Assembly: GCA_951406725.2 (NCBI GenBank)
Contig: OX597817.1
Location: forward strand, 153,946,001-154,010,000
Direction: 5' to 3'
Source of the DNA: Octopus vulgaris
Taxonomy: Eukaryota
DNA: 64,000 nucleotides
Shown here piece after piece: positions 26,871 to 40,809 of the stretch (the first letter of the stretch is position 1; each line of letters starts with the position of its first letter). The translations under genes and the position numbers were made by a program. The notes under the pieces were generated by a model. It did no database searches. It worked only from the letters and a program-made list of their open reading frames with translations, and had not been told where the DNA came from.

Positions 26871-27410
26871 AATGTACAAAAGATAAAGCAGACATTTTCT
26901 TCTTGCTTGATTCATCAGACAGTACCAGCCAACTCTTTGAAAAACAGAAGATTTTTGTGAATAAGATGCTGGATTCTTTGGAAATCGAATATGGAAAAGT
27001 CCATATCGGCATCGCAACATTTAGTGATTCATTCTATCTGAACCTTGATCTGACTTTCGATGTTTCCTACCTCAAAAAGTTCCTCGGCCGTTTAAACCCG
27101 ATGGGTGGAAGCACGAAAATAGGATCAGCTTTAAAGAGTTTACTGGCCGATGGATTCAGAAGTCACAGAGCGAGACGAACCGCTACCAAAATCGCGATAG
27201 TTTTAACAGACGGTCAAAGTTCAGATAATCCGATAGCAGCTGCGAAAGCATTAATGGCAAAAAACATTAAGGTATTCGCTGTTGGTGACACATATATGAA
27301 CAATCAAGTGGACTTAAGGATGATTGCAAGTCGACCAACAGGCTATTATGTGTTTAATTTGAATTCCAACGGCCTCATAGGATCGATCAAGAATGCAGTG
27401 CAATGCATAT
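26871..27410 (+). CDS. Exon 3 of VWA gene: complete von Willebrand factor A domain with intact MIDAS
   Basis: AAACAG acceptor after T-rich tract, GTAAGT donor at 27411; KCTKDKADIFFLLDSSDS (DxSxS), GGST, IAIVLTDGQS, IKVFAVG, LRMIASRP; Cys at both domain ends; 540 nt, phase 1-1. Confidence 0.95.
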
Positions 27411-27564
27411 GTAAGTAATTCAATTCTTATGTACCATTCAGTCATTAATTGCATCAACATTAGTATGTTTACTCAATCGTACAAGCATACGCTGACACGT
27501 ATATATGAAAGAATGACTACACACACACACATACACACACACACACACATGCTGAATATGTATA

Positions 27565-27769
27565 CAGTAATCCCTCGCCATATCGCGGTTCACCTATCGC
27601 GGTTTATTGTTTAAGCTTACGTCGGTTCCTCTGTGGTGTTGTTTTGCATTTACAATAAAATAAATATATACAAATTATAAAAAATAAAGAAAATATACAG
27701 TACTGTTTCTACTTCGCGGATTTTCACCTATCACGGGGCGTTTTGGAACGCGATAATCGAGAGATTACG
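27565..27769. mobile_element. Tigger/pogo-like MITE (inverted relative at 57738-57965; a different one at 54825-54965)
   Basis: TA|CAGTAATCCCTCG ... CGAGAGATTAC TIRs; internal sequence shared with the 57738 copy. Confidence 0.75.
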
Positions 27770-27780
27770 ATATATATATA

Positions 27781-28061
27781 TATTATATTAAATTAGAGAT
27801 AAAACCACTATTAGGCAAATCATACAATGAAAAACTTAAGCCAATACATAAGATTAATTAATTTATATTATTTAAATATATCAAAATTATTAAAAAAGAT
27901 AATTAGTATAGCCATGAAACGATCGTAGTGTTATACTAATTATCTTTTTTAATAATTTTGATATATTTAAATAATATAAATTAATTAATCTTATGTATTG
28001 GCTTAAGTTTTTCATTGTATGATTTGCCTAATAGTGGTTTTATCTCTAATTTAATATAATA
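27781..28061. repeat. 130-bp-arm inverted repeat in (TA)n; related segments at 31705-31870 and 33900-34022
   Basis: Arms 27781-27910 and 27932-28061 are reverse complements; the 21-nt spacer holds GAAAC-GATC-GTA. Confidence 0.9.
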
Positions 28062-28135
28062 TAATATTTTACTATAAAATTGGATTCAATCCTAAATCTG
28101 ATTTTTCCCTGTAAGTTTGGATTTATTCCCTAATA

Positions 28136-28265
<130 letters not shown>

Positions 28266-28266
28266 C

Positions 28267-28326
<60 letters not shown>

Positions 28327-29021
28327 GAGCACTCCGTCGGTTACGACGACGAGGGTCCCAGCTGATACGATCAACGGAACAACTTGCTCCTGAAATTAAC
28401 GTGCAAGTAGCAGGTAGTTCTCAGTGAGATTCAGCGTGACACGGAGCGTGACAAGGCAGGCACTTTGAAATACAGGTACAACTCATTTTTGCCAGGTGGG
28501 TGGACTGGAGCAACGTGAAATAAAGTATCTTGCTCAAGAGCACAACGCGACGTCCTGAATTGAACTCACGACCTTACGACAGATAGATAGATAGATAGAT
28601 AGATACATACATACATACATACATACATACATACATACATACTTACATTCATACTCACACACATGCGTACAGGTAAACATCCACACATATACTCAATATA
28701 TATATATATATTCGCCCGAAGATGATGATTTCCCCACGTCATTACTCAAAGATTTTATGCATTCAAATGTGCGTTTGCGTGCCTGCATGTGTACGTGCAT
28801 GTGGGAGTTTATTCTACATGTTTTGCACGATCAGTGTTAATTTTATGAATGAATGAATGAATGAATTACTTAAATTTCCAGGATAAATTGACGTTGATTT
28901 CTTATGTACGGAACACACGGCCTCAAATTTTTGGGAGTGACCCAATTTTTGCCTAGTACTTTATTTTATCACTTCCAATGAAAGAAAAGCAAAAATCGCC
29001 TGTGGAATTTGAACTAATAAG

Positions 29022-29400
29022 TTTCTTTATTGGCCACACAGGGCTGCACACAGATGGGACAAGTTACAAGGTAGAGCTTTTCTTTTGGGGGATGAAAAAA
29101 ACAAAAAACAAAAGAAACAAAAAAAAAGGGGTGGCGTAGGTTTTCGATCAAGAGGGATCGTAAAAGGGAAGAAAAGAACAAAAAAAATAAATAAAAAATA
29201 AAAAGAAAAAAAAGAAAAGGAACAAAAGAAAAGAGAAATGAAAAAAGAAGAAAAAAGGGGAAAAAAAGGGGAAGAGGAAAAAAAAACGATCAATAAGGAT
29301 CGTGTATCACAGTGTTATGATATATGGTGTAAAGGAGAAAGCAAGTAAGGTTTATCCGTAGGAAGAAAAGCCTACGAAAAAGACCACGGTAACCTTGGTC
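29022..29400 (-). mobile_element. Probable LINE 3' UTR fragment whose terminus resembles the SINE family C tail
   Basis: Minus strand ends TTGTCCCATCTGTGTGCAGCCCTGTGTGGCCAATAAAGAAA, versus SINE C TTGTCCCCTCTGTGTTTAGCCCCTTGTGGGTAGTAAAGAAA. Confidence 0.55.
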
Positions 29401-29763
29401 AATATATGCACCGTCGTAAGACAAAGAAAAGTGACAGGCTCTTTGCTTCTCTTTTCCGTATCAAATTGGTATTTTTATTGGCTAATCTAATATTCCACTG
29501 TCAGTATTGAATCTCTGCAAATGTGCGTGGGTTATTTATGTAGGAAGGAAGGATATATTGGTTCTTCCACAGTATATTAATGATATTTGTTGTAGACCAG
29601 CGAATGTTGAAAGTTTGTGATAACAGCCGGCGTAGCTTTTAAAATTAAGAGCGGGATGGTATTACTTTGGCTTCCAAGCCTTATGATTGACAAAATAAAT
29701 ACCATTAATTAGAGGTAGAAGACAATACCATGAACTAGAGACCTAGAAACCTGCACATAGCGT

Positions 29764-29845
<82 letters not shown>

Positions 29846-30044
29846 CTAGCATGACTGCAGTCAAAATGACTGAAACAAGTTAAAGAATATATATATATAT
29901 TCTTTAACTTCAGAGAGAGAGAGAGAGATAGGTAGATAAATAGAAAGATAGACAGATACATACATACATACACACACACATGTATATATGTACACGCATG
30001 CATACATAGATGTATATATACATGTATATATGTGTGTGTTAGTA

Positions 30045-30146
<102 letters not shown>

Positions 30147-30429
30147 AATATACGGATGTATGTAGCTTATTCGTAGTCGTAAGGTCAAATAATTTCACCT
30201 TGGGTAGGAAAGCAGACTCTCTTGCAAGACGAGGCCATAATACACCTTACTTTTTCACCTGAACATATATTTTATTTATGATGCTTGTTTTCTTGAGAGA
30301 AGCATGTACGTAAATCTCAAAATCTTACCTCTCTCTTTTTCTATCTCTATTTTTTTTTTTTTTGGCATTGAGCCAATGAAAAAAAGACTACATATTGCTT
30401 AAATCTAATTTATTTTTTTCTCTTTTCAG

Positions 30430-30441
30430 CTCCTAAAACTG
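30430..30441 (+). CDS. Exon 4 of VWA gene: 12-nt microexon (S-P-K-T-D linker)
   Basis: ctaat branch-like motif, long T tract and TTTTCAG acceptor, then CTCCTAAAACTG, then GTACGT donor; phase 1-1, frame-preserving. Confidence 0.65.
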
Positions 30442-30638
30442 GTACGTATATTAATTTATTTCACAATTCACTGGTTTAAACATGAAGCTACTCAACAAGT
30501 ATGAAAGAAGAGAATTGCCAAGTGTAAATTCATTTACCAAATCTCGAGAATAATGCGAAGAACCGAAAGAAATGATCGCAAAGCACGATAAAGTTCGACG
30601 CTTTAACAATTCTGCCGATTCGTTAGACTTATGATAAC

Positions 30639-30676
<38 letters not shown>

Positions 30677-30803
30677 ATGAATGATATAGATACCAAAATT
30701 CAAACACAACACATACATGTGCCTGTTAATGTTTCTGTGTATGTGTGTGTGTATATTTTTCTACATACACACACACATATATATAATCAGCCGAAATCAC
30801 GAG

Positions 30804-30864
<61 letters not shown>

Positions 30865-31136
30865 CATACATATATGTACGGAGTGGCTTGTGTATGTGTG
30901 TATGTATATTACTTATTTTTATCTTCTGTTTGCTTCAGTCACTGGATTGCGGCCATGTTGGGGCAGTGCCATGACGGATTTTAGCTGAGCAGATCGGCCC
31001 CAGTATTTCTTCTTTAAGTCTGGTACTTATTGTTATTTGCCGAACTTCTATGTTTGTAAATCTGAATCCGAAATGTGGTTGCAATACGGCGTCTTTACCA
31101 CACTGCCGTGTATTTGCGCCTATGCAGAGCCATGCC

Positions 31137-31187
<51 letters not shown>

Positions 31188-31648
31188 CATTCATAGTTTA
31201 GCTTTCTTTAAATATTTAGCATTCATAGTTTAGCTTTCTTTAAATATTCTTGAATTTCGTCTGCATTCATTTCCTCATGAATCTATCGATCGATGTTGCC
31301 ACTTACCTCTTTTTATTACGTCTTCCTACAGTTACTCTCTCATTCGTACACTATATCTGGGCATCCTTTCCCGAGCAGCTTGCAACCATGTCTCTTTTGG
31401 GAATCCAGAGTTTAGGCTAAATTAGCGCCTATAAACAAATATCAATATTTTAAGTGAATGGACGATAAATAATTCCTCTAATGCGTATGCGATTGTCGCT
31501 ATAAAAAATATTAATTCAATAAAAAATATACTTTTCGATATCAACACACCATCACCGCTATTTGCCCTCCCCTCTCTCTCTCTCTCTCCTCTAACCTCAC
31601 CTCCACCTCTCTAACTAACTAATGTATAACGGGCGAACGAACAAGCAG

Positions 31649-31713
<65 letters not shown>

Positions 31714-32905
31714 ATATTAGGGAATAAATCCAAACTTACAGGGAAAAATCAGATTTAGGATTTTTAATAATTTTGTTACATATTTAAATAATATAAATTA
31801 ATCATATGTATTGGCTTAAGTTTTTCATTGTTTGATTTGCCTAATAGTGGTTTTGTCTCTAATTTAATATAATATATATATATATATATATCGAGCTAAC
31901 TTCTATGGAGGGCTCTTCATTAGGTTTTGGGCCCAACAATGACATGACACTTCATGCATTGAGTACATATCAAATATCATCAAACTTGAACAATAGTTTT
32001 CAAGCAATGAACAATTTTCATCAAAGCAATAATATAATTTGTCGACTTGGAACTTATTGCAAAGCTGTATGATAAACAGCAGTACTATCACTATCGCCAC
32101 AGCATCTGCCATACACACACCATTCAGACTTCTGATGCCACCAGCATCAATACCTTTGACTTCGCTGCCTTCCCCTCCACCACCATCACCATTGTCTTTC
32201 ACATCGCTTACCCTCACCGTCCAGCCTGACAACCTCGGCTACCCTCACCACCGCTACCACCACCATCATCACTGCTCCTACTATTACTATCGCCCCATTA
32301 TCATCACAAAAAGTCTAAATGTGTGTGTAAAAGAATTCAATGTTCACTATGTTAGTTCAGTATGGTTGTTCAGTGTTCAGTCTCTTTTTCTCTCACATGC
32401 CCACTCTTTCTTTCTCTCTCACTATTACTCTCACTGCCACCATCAACAATACTACTTTTAATAAAACATCATCAACTCTCCCAAAATTTCTTTGTCTCTC
32501 TTTCTCGCCTCTCCTTTTCTCTCTCTCGCTTTCTCTCTTTCTCTCTCTCTCTTTCTGTCTTCGCCACCGACTTCACCGTCTTTATGCCTACTATTACTCT
32601 CACCCTAGTATGAGCAATAGTAGAAGTGTATCGAATAGTGAGAGAGGGATCAAAGTGTGACACACTGACACACATAAATCAGTTTTCGCATTTTTCATAT
32701 TACATATATATGTATGTGTATATAATATAAATATTCACATATATACAGGTATATACATAATTTAAGGTACAATTTGAATAATGTAGTTGTGTAAAGTTGG
32801 AAGCGATGCGAGAAGGTACAAAATAAACAACAAATTGAAAAGAAAACAGATCAAAGTTGCAGATTGCTCAGAAGTGTGTGCAACAAACATTTTCCAACCG
32901 CCGCT

Positions 32906-32957
32906 TTTCTGTATGTCCTGAAGAAGGGTTCTTCACTCCCGAAATATAGAAATAGAA
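32906..32957 (+). ncRNA. Hammerhead-like motif (CTGAAGA core) inside an imperfect inverted repeat
   Basis: CTGAAGA-A-GGG-TTCTTCACT-CCC-GAAA-TATA; helix I imperfect; flanked by IR arms at about 32790-32850 and 32965-33030. Confidence 0.45.
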
Positions 32958-33041
32958 GATAAAACTGCAATTTTTTTTTTTTCAATTTGTTGTTTACTTC
33001 GTACTTTCTCGCATTGCTTTCGGCTTTACACAACTACCTTC

Positions 33042-33111
<70 letters not shown>

Positions 33112-33183
33112 GTGTGTACATATACATATATATATATATATATGTATATATATATGTGTATGTATATATGTGTGTATATATTC

Positions 33184-33216
<33 letters not shown>

Positions 33217-33220
33217 TAAG

Positions 33221-33337
<117 letters not shown>

Positions 33338-33344
33338 ACGTATG

Positions 33345-33386
<42 letters not shown>

Positions 33387-34745
33387 GGTGTGGATAGGCG
33401 GATCTAATCATTCGTTTATTTTGTCCTTGTCTTCTTCACTATTATACTTTTAATTCAAATTTAACGGACAAGTACCATTCCGTGTTGTTATTTTTTTTAC
33501 TTAATTACAGATATGGTCAATATATCTTTATACTCGATTGCATCCTTTGAAGCAGTATTTTATCGATTAACACTCAGTATTAATCGTATTCGTCAGTTAA
33601 ACAAACATCCACCTATTCAATCAATCTCCACCTCTTCGATTGCATTGATTTGATTTTCTGTTTCAAATTTTCTTTGATGCCCACTTCAAGTCCTTATATT
33701 ATTTGTAATGGCATTCAAGGCAATGAACTGGCAGAAATGTTAGCGAGACAGACAGAATGCTTGACGGCAATTCTGGCTCTTGTCTTCTTCTAAAACTCGG
33801 GCCGACCAAAGCCTTGTTAGTGGATTTGGTAGACGGAAACTGAAAGAAGCCCATCGTATATATGTATATGTATGTATATATATATATATATATATATAAT
33901 TAATAATAAAATATTAGGGAATAAATCCAAACTTACGGGGAAAAATCAGATTTAGGATTAAATCCAATTTTATAGTATAAATATATTATATTACATTATA
34001 TTAAATTAGAGATAAAACCACTATATATATATATATATATATATATATGAGTGTATGCATATGTTTGTGTGTCTCTGTTTGTCCCCCAGCATCGCTTGAC
34101 AACCGATGGTGGTGTGTTTACGTCTCCGTAACTTAGCGGTTTGGCATAAGAGACCGATAGAATAAGTACTAGGCTTACAAAGAATAAGTCGTGGGGTCGA
34201 TTTGCTCGACTAAAGGGCGGTGCTCCATCATGGCCACAATCAAATGACTGAAACCGGTAAAAGAGTAAAGAGAGAGAGAGAGAGAGTAAAGCTCAAATTC
34301 CGCCGAAGTCGACTTTGCCTTTCACCCTTTTTGGGGTCGATAAAATAAGCACCGGTTGAGCACTGGGGTCGATGTAATCGACTAATCACACCACCTAAGT
34401 GTGTTGGCCTTCTTCCATACTTTGGAAACATCACTTCTTGCACCTTCTTAAGACTGCGAACTGGTGATATCATTACTACACCAGAAAAATGGTACGTGGC
34501 ATTTCTTCCAACTCTTTCCCTGCTGAGTTCAAATACATCCAAAGTCAACTTTTTGGTGGGATCCTTTAAAGGGCTATAAAATGAACAAAAGCTTTGTACA
34601 GGCATTAGCATGCCTGTGTAAGTGAATATATATATATATATTGATTTGTGCCAACGTCCGAACTTCTCGGTCCTGAAAAATTCGGTAACTTCTACTGATT
34701 ATTAATTTTTTAAATGTCTACCCTCTCTGTCTCTCTCTCTCACTC

Positions 34746-34784
<39 letters not shown>

Positions 34785-34818
34785 CACACACACACGCGCA
34801 CACACACACACACACACG

Positions 34819-34860
<42 letters not shown>

Positions 34861-35200
34861 CAAGCACACATAATATTTCATTTTTTTATATTAAATTATG
34901 ATAAAAACAATTTTTCATTAAACTGAACTTTTGTATAGAAGAAAGTCATTATTCTCTAAGAAGAAGAATATTGAGAGTGACTTCGAAGTTAATAGGTGTC
35001 GACCATGACAACACACTAAGGTATTTTTAATATTCTTTTTAATTACTGACCACGAGAGTACACTCCCTTGCTTAAATGCCGTTTGCTACTAATAAAGAAG
35101 AGTAGAGTCCCTTAGATGTGGTGGTACTCAATTTCTGTCAGGAGCGTGGCCAACATTCATTTGTTCTTCTATTCGTTTCAGCCCTAAGGGTGTGGCTGGT

Positions 35201-35586
35201 GGAGGCGCAATGGCCCAGTGGTTAGGGCAGCGGACTCGCGGTCATAGGATCGCGGTTTCGATTCCCAGACCGGGCGTTGTGAGTGTTTATTGAGCGAAAA
35301 CACCTAAAGCTCCACGAGGCTCCGGCAGGGGATAATGGTGATCCCTGCTGTACTCTTTCACCACAACTTTCTCTCACTCTTACTTCCTGTTTCTGTTGTA
35401 CCTGTATTTCAAAGGGCCGGCCTTGTCACTCTCTGTGTCACGCTGAATATCCCCGAGAACTACGTTAAGGGTACACGTGTCTGTGTAGTGCTCAGCCACT
35501 TACACGTTAATTTCACGAGCAGGTTGTTCCGTTGATTCGGATCAACCGGAACCCTCATCGTCGTAACCGACGGAGTGCTTGCATCC
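35201..35586 (+). mobile_element. SINE family A nested in a CR1-type LINE 3' fragment (about 35160-35692)
   Basis: Full-length copy; AAGGGTGTG on both sides; flanks match the LINE tail at 53640-53770. Confidence 0.85.
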
Positions 35587-35908
35587 AAGGGTGTGACCAT
35601 GCTGGAGCACCGCCAGTGAAATCACCTTTCCAAAGGCCATTTCTATGCGATTGGTTTTTGGTGAGGGAGGGAGTTCGACACTGCGGCCCTCTTTCTACAA
35701 TTTTTTATCTTGTACTTATTTCAGTCATTGGAGTGCGGCCAAGCTGTAGCACCACCTTAAAGGGTTTTGTGGAACAAATCGAGACCAGTACTTATTTCTA
35801 AGTCGGGTACTTATTCCATTTGGTTCTTCTAGTGATACGGGAATGTAAACGGGATATAAACAAACACGCGTTGTCAAAGGGTGGGGGACAAGCATAAACA
35901 CAAAGACA

Positions 35909-36299
35909 TCTTTATATATAAAAGTCAAGTTGTGTGTCTGTCTCCTACGATTTAGATTCCTAACTACTCCCACATTTTGCGGTGCAGTTTAACCAAAACC
36001 GGGTATCCTATAGTCGTGATTCATATCGAGCTCTTCTGGGTATTAGCGCGCGTCTACGATGAGTCTACGATTTTAAAAAAAATTACCATCAATTTTTCCC
36101 ATTTTTAATGCATTTTTGGCATATATAAGGGAAGTAACTCTCTAAAAATTTATTATTAAATCTCAGAACGTAAAAAGCTACAGTAACACCCCCCTTTGTG
36201 GTTAGCCATATTGAGATGGCTATTATACTTTACATCTCTAAAAATGCTTATATAGTTATTTCCCTTACAAACCCGAGCAACGCCGGGTGATACTGCTAG
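35909..36299 (+). mobile_element. Non-autonomous Helitron (same family as 4018-4405) inserted in a SINE
   Basis: A|TCTTTATATATAAAA ... CCCGAGCAACGCCGGGTGATACTGCTAG|T. Confidence 0.82.
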
Positions 36300-38086
36300 T
36301 ATACACATATAAGTACTTGCTTCATAATTGCGGGTGAGCCACTTAAGCGCTCAGCAGGTTAACGAGTGGAGCAGAATGTAAATGATTAATATAAGATATG
36401 GACTCAGAGAAGAGAGAAAGCTTGTAATCAATTACAAAACCAAGTAATGTAGGGGGACCATGTAATTGAAAATCCGGACTTCGACTGTACGCATGCTACA
36501 TACATACATACATACATACATACATACGTACGTACGTGCATGCATACACACATAGATACATACATGTATCACCGTGACCGACCAGGTTATCAGATGTTGC
36601 TACACATCGCTGGTCACGATGCGCTCCGCATTGTTTTAGCCTTCAAATGACGCCACCCCACTGGCTAAGCAAGCAGGCCAACAGAAGAAAGCGCGGGAGA
36701 AAGTTGTGACGGAAGAGTACAACAGAGGTCGCCGCCACCCCCTGCCGGAGCCTCGTGAAGCTTTTAGGTGTTTTCGCTCAATAAACACACACAACGCCTG
36801 ATTTGGGAATCGAAACCGCGATCCTCCGACCGCGAGTCCGCTGTACATATATATATAAAGCACCTTGTTTTAGTTGTATCTTCAACACTATATTCTTCTA
36901 TACCACTTCCCTGCTTTTTTGTCCTACGCGACCATGCTAATCAGCGTACCTCCCTGAGGTACACTGCATCTGGTCGTTTGCAGAGTACTGTATATCTCAT
37001 TTGCACTATCAGTATTCTTTTCTACTCTAGGCAAAAGGCCCGAAATTTTGGGGGAGGGGTCAGCCGATTAAATCGACCCTAATACGCAACTGGTACTTAA
37101 TTTTTCGACCCCCGAAAGGATGAAAGGCAAAGTCGACGTCGGTGGAATTTGAACTCAGAACGCAACGGCAGACCTATTTCTTTACTACAAACAAGGACAG
37201 ACAGACGGATGAAGTCGATTATATCGACCCCAGTGCGTAACTGGTTCTTATTTAATCGACCCCGAAAGAATGAAAGGCAAAGTCGACCTCGGCGGAATTT
37301 GAACTCAGAACGTAACAGCAGACGAAATACCGCTACGCATTTCGCCCGGCGTGCTAACGATTCTGCCAGCTCGCCGCCTTTTAATTTTAATTTGCTCTAT
37401 CAGTATTGATCAACGTAAGAGTATAAATACTGCTCTAAGAGGTTTAACATCACTTCACGATGGGAAATATTAAACTCCTAAACAACAAGTGGTTGGTTCT
37501 TGATCTAATATAGCCATGATTCTGTTTTTGATAATAAAACCAACTCCGGACACGCATTTCTGCTCCGCTAATTTACCATTTCTTAAGAAGATGCATCCAT
37601 TCTGACAGTCTGATCTCACAAACAACAACGACATTGATGCTTTATTTTACCAACTCGAGTGCCACGAGTATGAGAAGTATCTGTGTTCAGTTAGCTCCTC
37701 CTCTCTCTTGCAACATTCTGATATCCCATGTTTTGCATTCCCGTAAAATGTTCGCTGGTAGCGATCCAGTACATTCCTTCGTAAGCATGGTCGTTATCGA
37801 TCTAGTATACTTTTTTATTAGTATCAGTCACTTGGGCAGTTGTATTATGTGCTGGATTTATCAAGCCAAATCTTGCACAGACTACGAGTTTGATATGATA
37901 AATCCTGCACAGACTAGTTAAATGTATTTAATACAGGTGCTTAGTGATGCATATTTGTATAGACGTATGATTTTATTTTGTATCTATACGCAGTTTGATG
38001 AATGATTTTTCACAGAACAAATGAATTGGGTATTCCGTTTTCAAAATGCTTATAACGTATATTTTCTCGATCTTTATCTATTTCAG

Positions 38087-38664
38087 ATTGTTCAGCATTG
38101 CACAACATTAACTTACAGTTCCTTATTGATACTCCGAGTTATAGCCAGAAGACTTCCTTAAAGCTCATCAACTTCGTTGCGGAAACCTCTGCAATGTTGA
38201 AAGAGACGAACGCAGAGTTTGCTCTAGGAGTGAACTTTGGTGTCATGGGACAACAGGATATAGCTCCGAATTATCACACAGACATGGCTCTCAAAACTAT
38301 GAGTGGTTTCCATTTTTATAAACAAGTCGGGATGATTGACTCCTTTCTAAGATACTTAGCAAAAGGACGACTAGACAGAAATCAGAGAACTCTTTTAATA
38401 ATATTCATTGACGAAAGTGCCGAACCTTTGAAAGAACTCAGAGACAGGATTGAACGTATAAAATTAAAATATAAAGGGCTTTTCTCTTTTTTCATTATAA
38501 CATTTGGCCCTTCGGTTAACAGACATGTGGCAAGAAGTATGGCGAGTAATCTGAGTTTTTACTTTCATATCCCAGATGTTCGCTATATGGAAGTCAGTCA
38601 CGAAGATTTCGTGAACCTTCTTTGTGGGTCTTCTGCTTCTTATTCTAATAAATACTCCAAATAA
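38087..38664 (+). CDS. Exon 5 (terminal) of VWA gene: divergent second VWA domain with degenerate MIDAS
   Basis: TTTCAG acceptor, phase 1; CSALHNINLQFLIDTPSYS, RTLLIIFIDES, FFIITFGPSVN, ARSMASN, VNLLC follow the VWA strand/helix pattern; TAA stop at 38662-38664. Confidence 0.88.
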
Positions 38665-38736
38665 TCAATCAATCCAAAATATACTAATTTTTAAAAACAA
38701 ATTATTTATCTCTCTTGCCCTCTCTATCCTAGTCAC

Positions 38737-38768
<32 letters not shown>

Positions 38769-38907
38769 TACACATATGTATGTGTGTCTGCACAAAATCT
38801 CTCATAATGATGGGATACATTACGTTTATAGTTAGTATACACCTCACTTAAAAATTGTCCTTCTTCAAGCCCCGGTTACTTGATGCGTTTTATATATGTT
38901 GCATCGA

Positions 38908-39672
38908 AGGCAGCGAGCTGGCAGAATCGTTAGCACGCCGGGCGAAATGCGTAGCTGTGTTTCGTCTGCCGTTACGTTCTGAGTTCAAATTCCCCCGAGG
39001 TCGACTTTGCATTTCATCCTTTCGGGGTCGATAAATTAAGTACCAGTTACGCACTGGGGTCGATTTAAGTCGACTTAATCCGTGTGTCTGTCCTTGTTTG
39101 TCCTCTCTGTATTTAACCCATTTTGGGTAGTAAAGAAATAGGTATTTCGTCTGTCTTTACGTTCTGGGTTCAAATTCCGCCGAGGTCGACTTTGCCTTTC
39201 ATCCTTTCGGTGTCGATAAATTAAGTACCAGTTACGCACTGGGGTCAATACAATCAACTTAATCCGTTTGTCTGTCCTTGTTTGTCCCCTCTGTGTTTAG
39301 CCCCTTATGGGTAGTAAAGATATAGGTATTTCGTCTGCCGTTACATTCTGAGTTCAAATTCCACCGAGGTCGACTTTGCCTTTCATCTTTTCGGGGTCGA
39401 TTAAATAAGTACCAGTTACGCACTGAGATCGATATAATCGACTTAATCCGTTTGTCTGTCCTCATTTGTCCTCTCTGTGTTTAGCCCCTTGTGTATAGTA
39501 AAGAAATAGGTATTTCGTCTATCTTTATGTTCTGAGTTCAAATTCCGTCGAGATCGACTTTGCCTTTCATCCTTTCGGGGTCGACAAAATTAAGTAGCAG
39601 TTCCGTACTTGGGTCGGTCTAATCGATTGCCCCCACCCCAAAAAAAATTCGGGCCTTGTACCTAGAAAAGAA
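38908..39672 (+). mobile_element. SINE family C tandem multimer (about four 180-bp units); shorter multimers at 7919-8315 (+), 37015-37380 (-), degenerate array at 58760-59790 (-)
   Basis: Unit GTATTTCGTCTG...GTAAAGAAATAG repeats at about 38958, 39142, 39326, 39510; only the first unit has the 5' head. Confidence 0.85.
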
Positions 39673-39727
39673 TATGTGTTCCATCGTTATGAGGCACTCT
39701 ATGAGCTTTGTGTATGTGTGTGTGTCT

Positions 39728-39762
<35 letters not shown>

Positions 39763-40007
39763 TGGGAGAGAGAGAGAGAGAGCGAGACAGACAGACAAAC
39801 AGACAGACAGAGAGTGGGGGTGCTTAAGGCATGGCATGCTTACTATTATGAAGCAGCATGGTGATTTTTCATTTACAGTTTTCGCGTAAACTGGCGTTGC
39901 AAACAGAGATGCTACGGAAACATGTGTAACTTATAATTAAAGATGTGTTAAAGAATTTTCTTTGTCTTCTACTTTTCATTGATTTATATATATATATATA
40001 TATATAT

Positions 40008-40299
40008 CACGTGATCACGTGACCGACCAGGCCGTCAGATGTTGCTACACATCGCTGGTCACAATGCGCTTCACATTGTTTTTTAGCCTTCAAATGACGC
40101 CACCCCGCTGGCTAAGTGAGCAGGCCAACAGAAGAAAGAGTGAGAGAAAGTTGTGGCGGAAGAGTACAGCAGGGATCACCACCACCCCCTGCTGGAGCCT
40201 CGTGGAGCTTTTAGGTGTTTTCGCTCAATAAACACTCACAACACCCGGTATGAGAATCGAAACCGCGATCCTCCGACCGCGAGTCCGCTGCCCTAACCA
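40008..40299 (-). mobile_element. SINE family A variant with alternative 3' half (also at 1-105, 14520-14732, 36569-36843)
   Basis: Same head and body up to ACTCT, then GCTTAGCCAGCGGGGTGGCGTCATT...CTGGTCGGTCACG(TGATCACG). Confidence 0.82.
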
Positions 40300-40809
40300 A
40301 TATATATATATTGAGAATGCCTATGAAGGCGAGAGAGGAAGAAATGTACGACTAGGTAACATAATCCTAAAGCTCTCGTTGTCAGTCAGATTGGCCATTG
40401 ACTATAATAGTGAAGTAACACTAATATAGATCTAACACCAACCACAAGGACACCAACAACAACTAAAAGAACAACAACGCTACCAAACAACTTTTTCAAT
40501 ACCACACCATCATATCGTCGTGTTGCACCGCATTCCATTGATATAATATAATGCTATGCAATTATTTGACTAGTTTACCGAGTTCGAAACAAAGTTAGCA
40601 AGAACGTTTGGTGTTGCATAAAATACATATGTACGTGCTTTTTGTTTAGTCCTTATATTAATGAATTAGCTAGTCTGTTTCATGCTGGTTACAAATTTCA
40701 ATATTGCTGTATATTATTGCAACCGCCATCTGAAAGCACAGACCAGTCATGGATAAACTACAACTCGCAGGATTTTCTGAATGGCATACCTATAAAAAAT
40801 TATCATCAA

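Noticed and set aside
38908-39672. Regularly spaced repeats superficially like a CRISPR array
   Set aside because: Eukaryotic context; the whole 180-bp unit repeats with no unique spacers, so it is a SINE multimer.
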